A stretch of DNA of 64,000 nt, taken from Octopus vulgaris. Its lineage: Eukaryota. Location: positions 57,412,001 to 57,476,000 of the forward strand of contig OX597827.1 in NCBI GenBank assembly GCA_951406725.2, in the 5' to 3' direction. The translations under genes were made by a program, and so were the position numbers. The notes beneath the pieces are model-generated. The model ran no database searches and was not told the DNA's origin. It saw only the letters and a list, made by a program, of their open reading frames with translations. This document shows, piece by piece, positions 1-12,057 of this stretch (position 1 is its first letter; each line of letters opens with the position of its first letter).

Positions 1-43
1 CAGAATATACATATCTAATATTTCTTTTTCCTGTACAGGATAA

Positions 44-335
44 GTGAAAGTACATGGCCTAATGGTTAGAGCAGCGGTCGAGGGGTCACGGATTCGAATC
101 TCAGACCGGGCGATGTGTGTGTTTATGAACGAAACACCTAAGCTCCACGCGGCTCCAGCAGAAGGTAATGGTGAACTTCTGCTGACCCTTTCGCCACAAC
201 TTTCACTTTTTCTTCCTGCATCTTGCAGCTCACCTGCGACGTAACGGTGTCCCGTCCAGGTGGGGAACCTATACGCCAAGGAAACCGGGAAACCGGCCCT
301 TATGAGCCGGGCGTGGCTCGAGAAGGAACAAACAA
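44..335 (+). mobile_element. tRNA-derived SINE, family A (tail type 1)
   Basis: A-box-like TGGCCTAATGG and B-box-like GATTCGAATCT head; body matches 2913-3212 and 62237-62508; flanked by direct repeat TACAGGATAA (34-43 / 336-345). Confidence 0.85.
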
Positions 336-1012
336 TACAGGATAAAGATCTTAAATTTTCTAGTCATTAGCAGCCATGTATAGCGCTATTTCATCCTTCT
401 TTCGAATTGTCTGAATGGCATACAGCAAGGCAAATAAATCATGCTAAATTAAACGTTTTATGAAGTTAGACAATACTTATGGAGAGAAAATAGCTTACAT
501 TTCAGAATGCATTCATAAGAAGATTTTTCTGTTTCACCACAGATTGTTAATTGTTCAGAAACAAAGTGAGAAGAGGAGAGAAGGAAAAATTTATCAAATA
601 AAGGTTACTATTTACAGTGAAAACTTTAAAATAAAATTTAACATATTCTAAACGTAAATATGGACCCACTACAAAAGATTTTGTGAGAAAAGTAAGTAGA
701 ATTCTCCATAATCATACACTTGTGCAATGACGCTATTTTATATATTGTCTGAAGCTTTAGTCAAATATCTGGATAAACAGAAATATAAGCTGAGGCCCAT
801 TTGCCCATGATTACTTACCTTCTGTCAAAATTCATTGTTCATGATTGACGGTATATATGCACAAAGCATTCTCCACTTTCATTCTTCTGTTTTTTTAAGT
901 AATTTTTAAAGTCATTAGAGCTCCTCGACACAAGATGAATATTCTCTGTCGGTTACTGAAACCATGATGTCTAATATACTTGTCGTTGCGAGCTCTGATA
1001 GTAACAAATATA

Positions 1013-1240
1013 TTATCTTTTATCTTTTACGTTTCGGTTATTTGACTGCGGCCATGATGGGGCAACGCCATGAAGAATTTTCAGTCGATACGAATCGCCC
1101 CCAGTACTTAATTTTTTGTTTTTAATCTGGTTCTAATCTTATCGGAGTCTTTTGCCGAACTGTTAAGTTATGGCAACGTAAACATACCAACACTGGTTAT
1201 CAAGCGGTGTAGGGGGACAAATACAGACACAAACACACAC
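1013..1240 (-). mobile_element. SINE family C, 3' half
   Basis: Reverse complement of the ...GCCGCAGTCAAATGACTGAAAC...AAAAGA tail and body seen in full copies at 19120 and 49817. Confidence 0.75.
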
Positions 1241-1288
1241 ATACACACATACACACACATACACACACGCACACACACACACGCGCGC

Positions 1289-1331
<43 letters not shown>

Positions 1332-1334
<3 letters not shown>

Positions 1335-1490
1335 TTACGAAAGAAATTTTATATACACACGCTGACATATGACCAACGTTGAACGCCTTATTCGCATAAT
1401 CACCGAACCTGTAACTTAACTATGGTCTATCTATAGCACTTATTCAGCATTACCTGAAACCTTTGGGTCTCAATGACACCATTACCTATC
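1332..1490 (+). repeat. Unclassified interspersed repeat, inverted copy at 32594-32745
   Basis: TATACACACGCTGACATA..CCAACGTTGAAC..TAGCACTTATTCAGCATTAC..CCTTTGGGTCTCAATGAC matches the reverse complement of 32594-32745; both abut (TA)n. Confidence 0.75.
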
Positions 1491-1561
1491 ATTACAGGTG
1501 AGCATATAAGTGCAAAACAAGGTAGAAAAATAGTACTCGAATACCAACGGTTGAGTAATAT

Positions 1562-1661
1562 ACTTTTATTAAAGCTACAAAATTATCACAAAACTGTTAC
1601 CCACTGTCACGTGAAACTCTGAGGAAGAGTCTTGATATAATTTTGTAGCTTTAATAAAAGT
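1562..1661. repeat. Inverted repeat, 25-bp perfect arms
   Basis: ACTTTTATTAAAGCTACAAAATTAT (1562-1586) / ATAATTTTGTAGCTTTAATAAAAGT (1637-1661). Confidence 0.85.
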
Positions 1662-2272
1662 GTGTGAGTGTGTGTGTGGGGGGCGTGCGTGCGTGTTAGT
1701 AAAATTTTTAACAGTATGTTCAGTATGGCAACATAGTGTACACTTAATGACGATAAGCTCCAGATGTCACTGATTACAAAATAACTTTTCTTGTTCATTC
1801 TTCGTTTCAAAGATGACCAAGATTCCACATCTTAGACATCGACAGCACTTCTGAGTTGGAGACCGGATAATCGAGACTGCTCCTCCGTGTCTCCTCATGA
1901 AGAAACTTCCCCGAGATATCATATCGCGCAGTGGGACAAAATTCGAAACCGTATGATTTCAAAGTCAAAGCTTAACCACACCCTATATCCATTTTTCTTT
2001 CTCTCCCTATACATTTCCGTGTCTCCTCTCGGTCTCCGTCACTTTTTCTCTCTCCGTCTTCTGTTTCCCTTCTTTCTCTCTCCCTCTCTTTCCTCTCTGC
2101 TTCTCTATCTTCTTTCTTTTATCTCTCTCTCTATATATATATGTTTGTGTGTGTGTATATATGTGTATGCGCATGTACGTATATATATGAATGTCTTATC
2201 TTTTACTTTGTATGTAAGTATATGTACGTTTGTCTGTCTGTCTATCTGTATGCATGTATCTATATATGTATG

Positions 2273-2306
<34 letters not shown>

Positions 2307-2912
2307 TGTATGTATGTATGTATGTATGTATGTATGTATAGGTTTGCGATTGCATTAGCGCATGATCGAGAGAATTGGTGCATCGGATGAAAACGCCCTT
2401 TCATACTTCGATCTGCTTCGGTTACGTCTCTCCACGCCAAGTTGATCATTCCTTTCATTATCCTCTCAGATTTATCAAATAAGAACCAGAAAAAGTGCTT
2501 TACTAGATATATAGTCGGCTGAAACTTTTTGAAGAATTTGCCCCAGCATGACCGCAACCCAATTAGTGAAAGCAATAAAAGAATAATTGAAGCCCTTACA
2601 CAATGCTTTTAGTATAACTAACATGCAGCTAGCAGCAATTCTGCTACACTTGTAATGTAATGTAATGTAATTCTTCTAAGCAGATTAGCTAGAGATAAAA
2701 TAAGGAATCCATTGAAGTAATAACTATGATCCAGTTCCAGGAATAAAATATTGGGAAAACTAAAAGACCCAGATATCGCCAAAGCGCATAAGATATGCAG
2801 AAGCTTTCAGTGTAATTTGATTGTGCAAGAGAAATTAACACCGAACACACGGTGGAAATCTAAAGAAACAGCATTGGAGCAATCTAAACTAGTAATGCAC
2901 GTGTATAAGCTG

Positions 2913-3212
2913 TTGTGGAGGCGCAATGGCCCAGTGGTTAGGGCAACGGACTCGCGGTCGGAGGATCGCGGTTTCGATTCCCAGACCGGGCGTTGTGTGT
3001 GTTTATTGAGCGAAAACACCTAAAAAAAGCTCCACGAGGCTCCGGCAGGGGGTTGGGGTGGTGACCCCTGTTGTACTCTTTCGCCCCGACTTTCTCTCAT
3101 TCTCTCTTCCTGTTTCTTGAGTAACGCTGTGATGGACTGGCGTCCCGTCCAGCTGGGAGGAACACATACGCCACAGAAACCGGGGAAACCGGACCCATGA
3201 GTCTGGCTAGGT
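2913..3212 (+). mobile_element. tRNA-derived SINE, family A (tail type 1)
   Basis: GTGGAGGCGCAATGGCCCAGTGGTTAGGGC...GGTTTCGATTCCC head with A/B boxes; head near-identical to the reverse complement of 39597-39985. Confidence 0.85.
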
Positions 3213-3609
3213 CTGCGCGCGCGTGTGTGAAACGCAGCATAGTCGGTCGATTGGTCAAGTTCATTTCGCAATCCTCTGATCTCAGTTTCGAGCCCACTGC
3301 ATGATAATTTAGGTGTATATTGTTTTGTAAAGTTTTTGGCCGTGCCCGGGCCTTGTGAGTCGGTTTGGGAAAACGGAACTTGTTCGGAAGTCCGTTGGAT
3401 GAATGGTGTCTATTATTCAATCGCCCAGTCTTGGCACATTCTGTGTCATGCTGGTCCTGCTTAAAGTTTACGCTAAGCGCACATGTGTCTATGGATTACT
3501 CAGCTACTTACACATCAATTCTATGAGTCTGGTACTTAAATTGATCGAACAATTAAATACTTAATCTACATATATCCATTTACTTCTTAGCTTTCTTTCT
3601 ATGTAAGTA

Positions 3610-4876
3610 CCAGAGTAAGTCAAAAATTATACGCATTCTTGTTTCTGTAGTTTACTAAAGCAAAAGCAGGGTTTGAAAAATTACATCATTTTTCGACATA
3701 GATTCCTTCCTTTTCGACGTTCTTCTTCCAGCAGTCCATAAGCTTGCTTATTCTATTGGGGAAGGTTTTCGGCTGGGCGCGCAGCCGTTTATGCACCGCT
3801 TCAAATCAACGATTTCAAATGAGCTGTCCAAAAGCTCTAGACTCTATGCAGGATGTTCCAGCTACTTGAAACCCAGTTTTTCAATGGTTTCAACAGTGTG
3901 GGTGGCTGTGTGTGGACGTGCATTGTCGTACAACAAAACACTTAATTTGACAATAGATCTTGACATTTCGTGTGAATTACTGGTTTCAGTTTGTTGGCCA
4001 GCATTTCACTGTAGCTAACACTGGTGACTGTAGACCTTTTTTCCGGGTAATATTCCAGCAGAGGTCCTTTTGCGTCCCTAAAACGGTTAGCATCACTTTT
4101 TCTGCGGCAGGTTGTCTTGAATTTCTTTTTCGTTGGAGATTCCGAGTATTTCTACTCCGTATTCTGCTTTTTTTTTTTTTTTTTTTGGACTCCGGCTCAA
4201 ATTGATTGACCCACGACTCATCTCTTGTGACTTTTCTCTCCAAAAAATGCTTTGCAATCATCGTTGTAGCGGTCGAGTAAGCGTTGGCAGATCTCTACGC
4301 GATTTCGCTTATGCGTTTCGGTAAGCTCTTTTCACAACCATCTTGCACAGAGTTTATGGAAGTGAAGCTTGTCGTGGATGATTTCGTATGTAGAACAACG
4401 ATTAATTTGCAGAGAACATGCCACCATATCGCTCGTCACTCGTCGGTTCTCCAGGTCCATCTCCCGAGCTTGTTGACTCTCCACGTCAATGGTGGAGGGT
4501 GATCGGCATCCTGCTTTCTCTACGGGCTTCACGTTTGTCCAGTCATTTTTTAAATTCTCGATCTACTCATACACACTTCCAGGCGGCAGAGCGCCGTCAC
4601 CATATAGTACTGAAAGCCTGCGATTAATTTCAGCCCCTGACACACATTCAAACCAGAGAAATCGGATCCCTAATCTTCATTCTTCTTTGGTTCACACTAC
4701 CAACGAAGCGGCCATGTTTACTCTGCAGTAGAAGAATGAAAACTAGAGTGATTAAGATCAAACCTCGGTTACATAACCACAAGAGTACGACCTTTTAGCA
4801 CGCAAGCGCTGAAGGCAGTGCAGCCAAAGTAAAGACCATTTTAGTAAAAGTGCAGATAATTTTTTACCTCCCTTTG
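3610..4876 (-). mobile_element. Decayed mariner transposon (~1.27 kb)
   Basis: Minus-strand peptides ENRRVT..IIHDKLHFHKLCARW and VTRDESWVNQFEPESK..KVMLTV (mariner HTH, WVP-like and first catalytic D regions); degenerate TIRs AAAAATTATACGCA / TGCAGATAATTTTT; frameshifted. Confidence 0.8.
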
Positions 4877-5031
4877 CATGTGTCTATGTATGTATATAAA
4901 TGTGTGTGTGTGAGAGGGTGTATGTATATAAATGTGTATGTGTGTGCATATACCTATACACATACATGTCTCTGTATCTATATTTGTATCTATCTATATT
5001 TGTGTTCGCGTGTAAGTAGAATTACAATTAA

Positions 5032-5199
5032 AAAGGAAAGACGGAAAGCTTCTTACAGTACAAAGAGATAAGTTGAGTAACCTTTATATATTTCAGATTT
5101 AACCGTATTCTTCTGATTGGCCTTTGTGCCTGAAATGTATAAAGGTTACTCAAATTTCCTCTTTGCATTGTTTGCAAAGAAGCTTTCTTCCTTTCCTTT
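5032..5199. repeat. Imperfect inverted repeat (fold-back)
   Basis: Core arms TTGAGTAACCTTTATATATTTCAG (5073-5096) / CTGAAATGTATAAAGGTTACTCAA (5130-5153), extending outward with gaps. Confidence 0.75.
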
Positions 5200-5262
5200 C
5201 TGTTTGTTATCCTACTTGGATATCACGATGCTTCAACCAAACTATAATGCTTTTCTTCCATA

Positions 5263-5652
5263 TGTGGTCTGATCAATAAGTGTTCGGACTGTTACTATAC
5301 TAACGAAGCTAAATCACGGAGAGCAAAGCCGCATCGCACAGATTGATATTGAACTCTGATGTGCATGCGCACTAATTTTTAACGTTCTAGCTCACTTCTG
5401 CAGTTTACAGTAGTGCTTGGAAGCAATGCGTGTAGCGTGTGATCGTTGCATTGACCCTGACAGAAAAAGTTGAGCAGAGAATCTGCATCAAATTTTGCCC
5501 AAAGTTTGGTGATACCTATTCAGAGGCCTACGCAAAGCTTTCAAAAAGTTTTCATCGTTCTCGACACAATCAAGGAGATCTTGTGCAACTGAAACCTGAG
5601 TATCTTTTTGAAAGTAGTTTTGGCACAAACTTGGCAGACACGCGTCTCATAC

Positions 5653-5655
<3 letters not shown>
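5263..5655 (+). mobile_element. Mariner 5' fragment
   Basis: TA followed by TIR-like TGTGGTCTGATCAATAAG; peptide EQRICIKFCPKFGDTYSEAYAKL typical of a mariner transposase N-terminus. Confidence 0.7.
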
Positions 5656-5713
<58 letters not shown>

Positions 5714-6062
5714 TATTATATTATATTAAATTAGAAATAAAACCACTATTAGGCAAATCATACAATGAAAAACTTAAGCCAATACATAAGATTAATTAAT
5801 TTATATTATTTTAAATATATATCAAAATTATTTTTTAAATTATTTAAAAAAGATAATCATTATCTTTTTTTAATAATTTTGATATATATTTAAAATAATA
5901 TAAATTAATTAATCTTATGTATTGGCTTAAGTTTTTCATTGTATGATTTGCCTAATAGTGGTTTTATCTCTAATTTAATATAATATAATATTATACTATA
6001 AAATTGGATTCAATCCTAAATCTGATTTTTCCCTGTAAGTTTGGATTTATTCCCTAATATTT

Positions 6063-6065
<3 letters not shown>
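5714..6065. repeat. AT-rich fold-back element, copy 1
   Basis: ~120-bp near-perfect inverted arms (5714-5832 / 5872-5990) plus tail AATTGGATTCAATCCTAAATCTG..; between (TA)n tracts; homologous to 10841-11150. Confidence 0.9.
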
Positions 6066-6101
<36 letters not shown>

Positions 6102-6674
6102 GAATGGCATCTGCAAATACACACACAAACACTTGACAGTTAGACAGGAAAATAGTTGACAGTTCCAATATTCTATAGAGAATTCTGCAAATAATAAACA
6201 AAAAGATTAACGATGGAACATTTACTTACAGCGAAATACAAACCAACCTGCATACAGGAAATAAAGCATGAAATTCACCAGGAGCCGAGTTGAATAATTG
6301 TGGAACTAACGTTGACTATTTTTATCATTTACAATATTGTTTACGTGTTAAAAGTATGTGGAAGAATCTAAAATCTTGCATTTTCTATAATATTAGAATC
6401 AATATTAATTTTTTTCTGTTGTTAATCGTGTCCTTTAAAAAAAACGCTTAGTTCTAACGCTTCATTATGATAAGAAATGTTTTATTTCAAGAGAAGATAC
6501 TATATAAATATGTAAATATGTGTGTCTGTGTGCGTATGCATGTGTGTGTGTGTGTGTGTCTGTGTAAATATATACGTATATATGTGTGTGCGTGTATACG
6601 TATATACATACACGTGTAACTATGTACGCATACATATAAATATAACTATGTTAATATGTAAAAATATATATATG

Positions 6675-6729
<55 letters not shown>

Positions 6730-6932
6730 GAATAGTCGAATGAATTATCTTATTATGGATAATTCGGTTAACCGATACCTGGGTAGCAAATTTACGTCAG
6801 AAAAACACGGTTGAAGCTACATGCCAAGGGCAGAGATCACGTGCTATCGTGTGGAAATTTGTGTGTATTTTTAAATACAAATAAATGAAAGAATGGAGTG
6901 GAACGATGAATTAACAAAATTCCTTTATTTTA

Positions 6933-7015
6933 TTTTCGACATATGTTTCGAAGGCTGCATATTCCTAATTTCGAAGGAATAAGGGGTGCATTATGCCACC
7001 TTCTCATCAGGAAAA
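6933..7015 (-). ncRNA. Type I hammerhead ribozyme motif
   Basis: Minus strand reads TTTTC-CTGATGA-GAAGG..CCTTC-GAAA-C ATAT G-TC-GAAAA: complete core, stems I, II and III, GUC cleavage triplet. Confidence 0.85.
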
Positions 7016-7084
7016 GTAATGGGCTCCGTGTGGGCAGTCATCTAAACGTTTTTGTGCATCTTGATGCTGACATAAGTTCCTTAC

Positions 7085-7166
7085 TTTTCCTGATGAGAAG
7101 GCGGCATATGCACCCCTTATTTTTTCGAAATTAGGAATATGCAGCCTTCGAAACATATGTCGAAAA
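7085..7166 (+). ncRNA. Type I hammerhead ribozyme motif
   Basis: TTTTC (7085-89) CTGATGA (7090-96), stem II GAAGGCGGCATAT..ATATGCAGCCTTC, GAAA (7150-53), C ATAT G TC, GAAAA (7162-66); predicted cleavage after C7161. Confidence 0.87.
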
Positions 7167-7228
7167 TAAAGGAATTTTGTTAATTCGTCGTTCAACTCCA
7201 TTCTTTCATTTGTGTATATATATATTTA

Positions 7229-8719
7229 TCTCTTATTATAAAAGGCAGATTTTATCTGCCTCCCTTTGGGAGTTATACAAATCTACAATATAGGATTTCT
7301 TCAATTACAATTTACCTGGCAGTTTTAAGAGTACAATGCATCGCGTCATGCCAGGTCCAGTTTTTAAAATTTAAACTCCAGTTAAGCAAAATTTACAGAA
7401 AACTCACATTCTGGTGTGTGTGTCAAATGCTTTTCTTAGTCTGGTTTACACCACACGCAAACGCACACACACAGTGGGCAAGGAATAAAATGAAAGTAAT
7501 TCACTTACTGTAGTGAGTGATTCTTTCACTCTGCTTCCCACTTCCACTTTACACACATAGAAAAAACTTTTATTTTTTTACATAAGTAATGAGAGCGAAA
7601 GAGACTAAGAGAAAGCGATTGTATGACGAGGGAAGTTCCTTTCAAGTTACCGTGCATGGGACTCATTGATGTACATGTGTGTGTGTGTGTGTGTTTGATG
7701 GAGTGTGGGAGACAGACAGTATGTTGTGTAAGTGAAGTGCTTCTGTTAGTGTGTGTGAAGAGACAGAGAGAGTAATGTGTGAAAGAGAGAGATAACTGAA
7801 ATTGTTTACTCGGTTTATGTGTATATGTATGTATGTGTGTGTGTGTGTGTGTGTATGTGTGTGTGTATGTATGTATTTATATATAAAAGAAAGGTTGTGT
7901 GTCTGTCTACTCCGATTTAGATTCCTAACTACTCCCACATTTTGCGATGCAGTTTAACCAAAACCGGGTATCTTATAGTCGTGATTCATATCGAGCCCTT
8001 CTGGGTATTAGCGCGCGTCTACGATGAGTCTATGATTTTACAAATAATTTACCATCATTTTTTTCCATTTTAATGCATATTTTTAAAAATAAACGGAAGT
8101 AACTCTCAAACTTCACACCAATATGCGTGCTCATATGCGACGTAATATCACATCACCAGCATTTCCTCACACTCTCCTTGCACTTGGCGAAGGCAAAATA
8201 CCAGGGGATGAAAATGGTAATATTGCCATCGATTCCATTTGTACCATTGTTAAGACGCCTTCTGATCTCAGAGATGCAGTGTTCCCCGATTTACAAGCTA
8301 ATTATCAGAATATGGATTGGATTGGCAAAAAGGCTATACTGGCCCCGAGGAATAAAACTGTTCACCATATTAATGAGGAAATGCTAAAACTCATTCCTGG
8401 GGAAGTCGATGTATATCAGTCTATCGATACAACTCCTGACCCAGAGGACGTCATCAACTATCCAATAGGGGTACTCAATTCCTTTGAGCACCCCGGACTA
8501 CCACCACACTTTCTCAAACTTAAAGTTAGTGCCCCTATAATGCTCATCAGAAATTTGGTTCCCCCAAAACAATGCAATGGCACACGTTTGGCGTTAAGTC
8601 CTTATCTCCCACCGTAAGCTTATTTCAATATTTGCCTGAATAATCATCATAATTCAGTGCAATCATTAACAGTACTTTCAAGCAATTCAGCCCCGAGCAA
8701 CGCCGGGCAATTCTGCTAG
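7229..8719 (+). mobile_element. Internally deleted Helitron
   Basis: A|TC 5' end (TCTCTTATTATAAAAGG), subterminal hairpin CCCGAGCAACGCCGGG (8692-8707), CTAG|T 3' end, internal helicase fragment. Confidence 0.85.
8123..8617 (+). pseudogene. Helitron RepHel PIF1-like helicase C-terminal fragment
   Basis: Motifs NMRA..LLALGEG..AILAPRNKTVHHIN..YQSID..LNSFEHPGLPPHFLKLKVSAPIMLIRNL..CNGTRL are characteristic of Helitron helicases; truncated at both ends. Confidence 0.9.
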
Positions 8720-8732
8720 TATATATATATTC

Positions 8733-8940
8733 TTTTATTATTTTACTTTGTTTCAGTCATTTGACTGTAGTCATGCTGGAGCACTACCTTTTAATCGAAC
8801 AAATCGACATCAGGGCTTATTCTTTGTAAGCTTGGTACTTATTCTATCGGTCTTTTTTGCCGAACCGCTAAGTTACGGGGACATAAACACACAAGATCGG
8901 TTGTCAAGCCACGGTGGGGGGGGATAAACTCAGGCACAAA

Positions 8941-8970
<30 letters not shown>
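8733..8970 (-). mobile_element. SINE family C, 3' half
   Basis: TTTCAGTCATTTGACTG..GCCGAACCGCTAAGTTACGGGGAC matches family C in reverse. Confidence 0.8.
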
Positions 8971-8976
<6 letters not shown>

Positions 8977-9094
8977 AAATCCAAGCCTAGGGAGAAGAGT
9001 AATGCTGTGTGTTTCATACAATTTCAAGGACCAAAATTACTGAATAGATCCTTATGATATTTGGAACTTAGATTCAACGCATAATAATGATAAT

Positions 9095-9678
9095 GTGACT
9101 CTCATGGCTTCTGATGTTAACTGATTGGAAGTGTTATCTTCTACATTTTTTGTTTCGGTATAAAAGATGGGCTACAGCAAATATTCTGCTCAATGCCACA
9201 TATTTGCTTGTCAGTTGTTTAACCTTAACTAGTTGGGCATGTCCCTTAGTGGCTGACGATATGAGCATCACTGATCACGAGCAGACGTGGTGAGGGAGTA
9301 TCATAGCCATGTGTTGAGAGGAATTCTTTTGGGTTTGAATAATTCACCTCTGGAAACATGGGTGTTTTGTTCAACATCCTTAAACAACCCTTATTCAGGA
9401 ACCTTTTGAGCAGGATGGCCTACACGACCAGAAGAAAATTCTAACTGGGCCCCACCTGCAAGGTCATTTACTGTCTATTTTGATATGAGGTCACCATTTC
9501 AGCACATATGGCTGTGAAGCATGTGCCTGGTGTACGGGTAGTCATGATGGGTATATTGGGCTTCGTATATTTGTACTCCAGTATCACATTCATGATATGC
9601 TCTGCTCTCTCACTCAATAATGATAATGATGATGATGATAATAATAATAATAATAATAACAATAATAATAATAATAAT
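9095..9678 (+). mobile_element. Repeat family D ending in (TAA)n, probable retroposon
   Basis: GGGCTACAGCAAATATTCTG..CCCTTAGTGGCTGACGATATG..CTCTCTCACTCAATAAT shared with 14147-14600 and 17385-17690. Confidence 0.75.
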
Positions 9679-9854
9679 GTCTATATGAATATTCATTTGA
9701 ATATTTACCCATTCACACACACATACGTACATATATATATATATACATATGTATATTTTATATATATATATATATATTTATACATATATAGACAGAGATA
9801 GACAGAGAGAGAGAGAGATACAAATATAAATATATATATATATATGTATGTATA

Positions 9855-9896
<42 letters not shown>

Positions 9897-10252
9897 TAGC
9901 TATAGACGTGAAAATCGCCATTTTCCACGAAGAATGTGTTCTCAAGAAAAACTTCAGCAAAAAAAAAAACAGTGTAAAAATAAGCAAGACAAATGAAAAT
10001 ATACAAAATAAAAAAACGATTACCTATGTGCTAATTAATTTCACTTGTTGATATTTACGTATATGGATACGCACACATCTGCAAGATCATCAACATTTCC
10101 GATATATATATATATACTTTGATACTTTGATACTTTGATAGGTTTCGGCCATTATTGGCCCAGGCCATGTCTAACTTATATATATATACAACTGGCTTCT
10201 ATATATGTATGTATGTTTCTGTGTGTGTGTGTGTATTTGTAAGTGTGTGCGT

Positions 10253-10322
<70 letters not shown>

Positions 10323-10840
10323 ATTTATAACTAACCGATACTCCTATTTCAAAATTACGAGGCGGTTGTGAATAATAATACTTTGGCAATAACACGAGCA
10401 GTACTGTATACATAAACCTCATCTGCAACTATTCATTAATACTATTTTTTTGAATATTTCCATCTATAGTACCAGGGGAGTAACAATATTTTCAAAATGA
10501 ATTTTAAGTACTTAGAACGTCTCCTGAATAAGTGTTCACCATTTAAATGATATCTCTCTCTCTGGATTCATAAAGATTTTAGTTCGGAAGTTTTGTTTAC
10601 AAATATACACTAATTAACATCAGTGAATTATATATCAGATTAAAGTTTGTGAGGCGTCCATAATGACGGAGACGTTATTGAAATATGTACAGGAAGAAAG
10701 TTGCTAAAGGAAGCACGAAGATTTATATAAAAATGCCAAACTAACAAGAAACAGTATGTATGTATGCGTGCGCGTGTGTGTGTACATATACATATACATA
10801 TATATAAATATATTCATAGATAGACATATATATATATATA

Positions 10841-11146
10841 TATTATATTAAATTAGAGACAAAACCTCTATTAGGCAAATCAAACAATGAAAGACTTAAG
10901 CCAATACATATGATTAATTTATATTATTTAAATATGTAACAAAATTATTAAAAAATATAATTAATATTTTGTTACATATTTAAATAATATAAATTAATCA
11001 TATGTATTGGCTTAAGTCTTTCATTGTTTGATTTGCCTAATAGTGGTTTTGTCTCTAATTTAATATAATATAATATTTTACTTTAAAAAATTGGATTCAA
11101 TCCTAAATCTGATTTTTTTCCCTGTAAGTTTGGATTTATTCCCTAA

Positions 11147-11150
<4 letters not shown>
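10841..11150. repeat. AT-rich fold-back element, copy 2
   Basis: ~105-bp near-perfect arms (10841-10945 / 10966-11070) plus the same tail as copy 1; between (TA)n tracts. Confidence 0.9.
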
Positions 11151-11182
<32 letters not shown>

Positions 11183-11997
11183 TAGAGAAACAAAGAGAGA
11201 AAGTGAGTGAGAGAGAGAGTTAGTGAGAGTGAGAGACAGGGAGAGAGAGAGAGAGAGATGTAACACACTGCCTAAATACCAATCTTGAAAAATTAGGCTT
11301 CCCAAAACCAGGAAGGAGAAAGCTAACTCGAAGACTACAGATCCAGTCCATCGCTGGAACTGTAAAAATCTGCAAAGGTTTCCAGAAGTTTATCGTTTAA
11401 ATATATATGAACATGTCTATATATGCAACTATATGCATGAGAATGCATACATAAAGAAAATATAGAAATCTGCACATATATATACATACAAACAAAAATA
11501 CCCTGTTGTTGATGTTGAGATTTCAATGAAGGAGCCTTGGATATAGGTTTGAAACTGGCACTTTCTCTATTGGTAAGAAACCTTGAAATAAAACTGAACA
11601 ATGACATACATACACACATACATACATATTTACTTATTCAGTGGTAGTCCAGGTAAAGTATGTCAGAACAGATGGTATATCGATGTAGTTGGGAGTAAAA
11701 AATTAAACAAAAACAATAAACAAAGACAACAGACAAAAAGGCAACGAAAATACAGGGTAATTATAATGTGAGGAAGAGACAGAGGAGAATTTGACGTTTC
11801 AGACAGAGATCCGTCATCAAGAACAGAAAAGATAAAACGAAAAACAATATCAAGTGGAAAATAAACAGCACGCATATAGTCTGGAGAATGAAAGAACGGA
11901 AATGCGTCAGGCGGCAGAGTATAGAATGGCATTTTGGAGCCGAGATAAGAGAGATGACTACGGTGTAGTTCATGGAAATGTGCTATATTGTTACATA

Positions 11998-12053
<56 letters not shown>

Positions 12054-12057
12054 AAGT

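Larger units (their letters stand above)
6883..7211. repeat. Inverted repeat (~130-bp arms, 61-bp spacer) carrying two hammerhead motifs
   Basis: 6883-7019 is the reverse complement of 7081-7211 with a few substitutions and indels. Confidence 0.92.
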
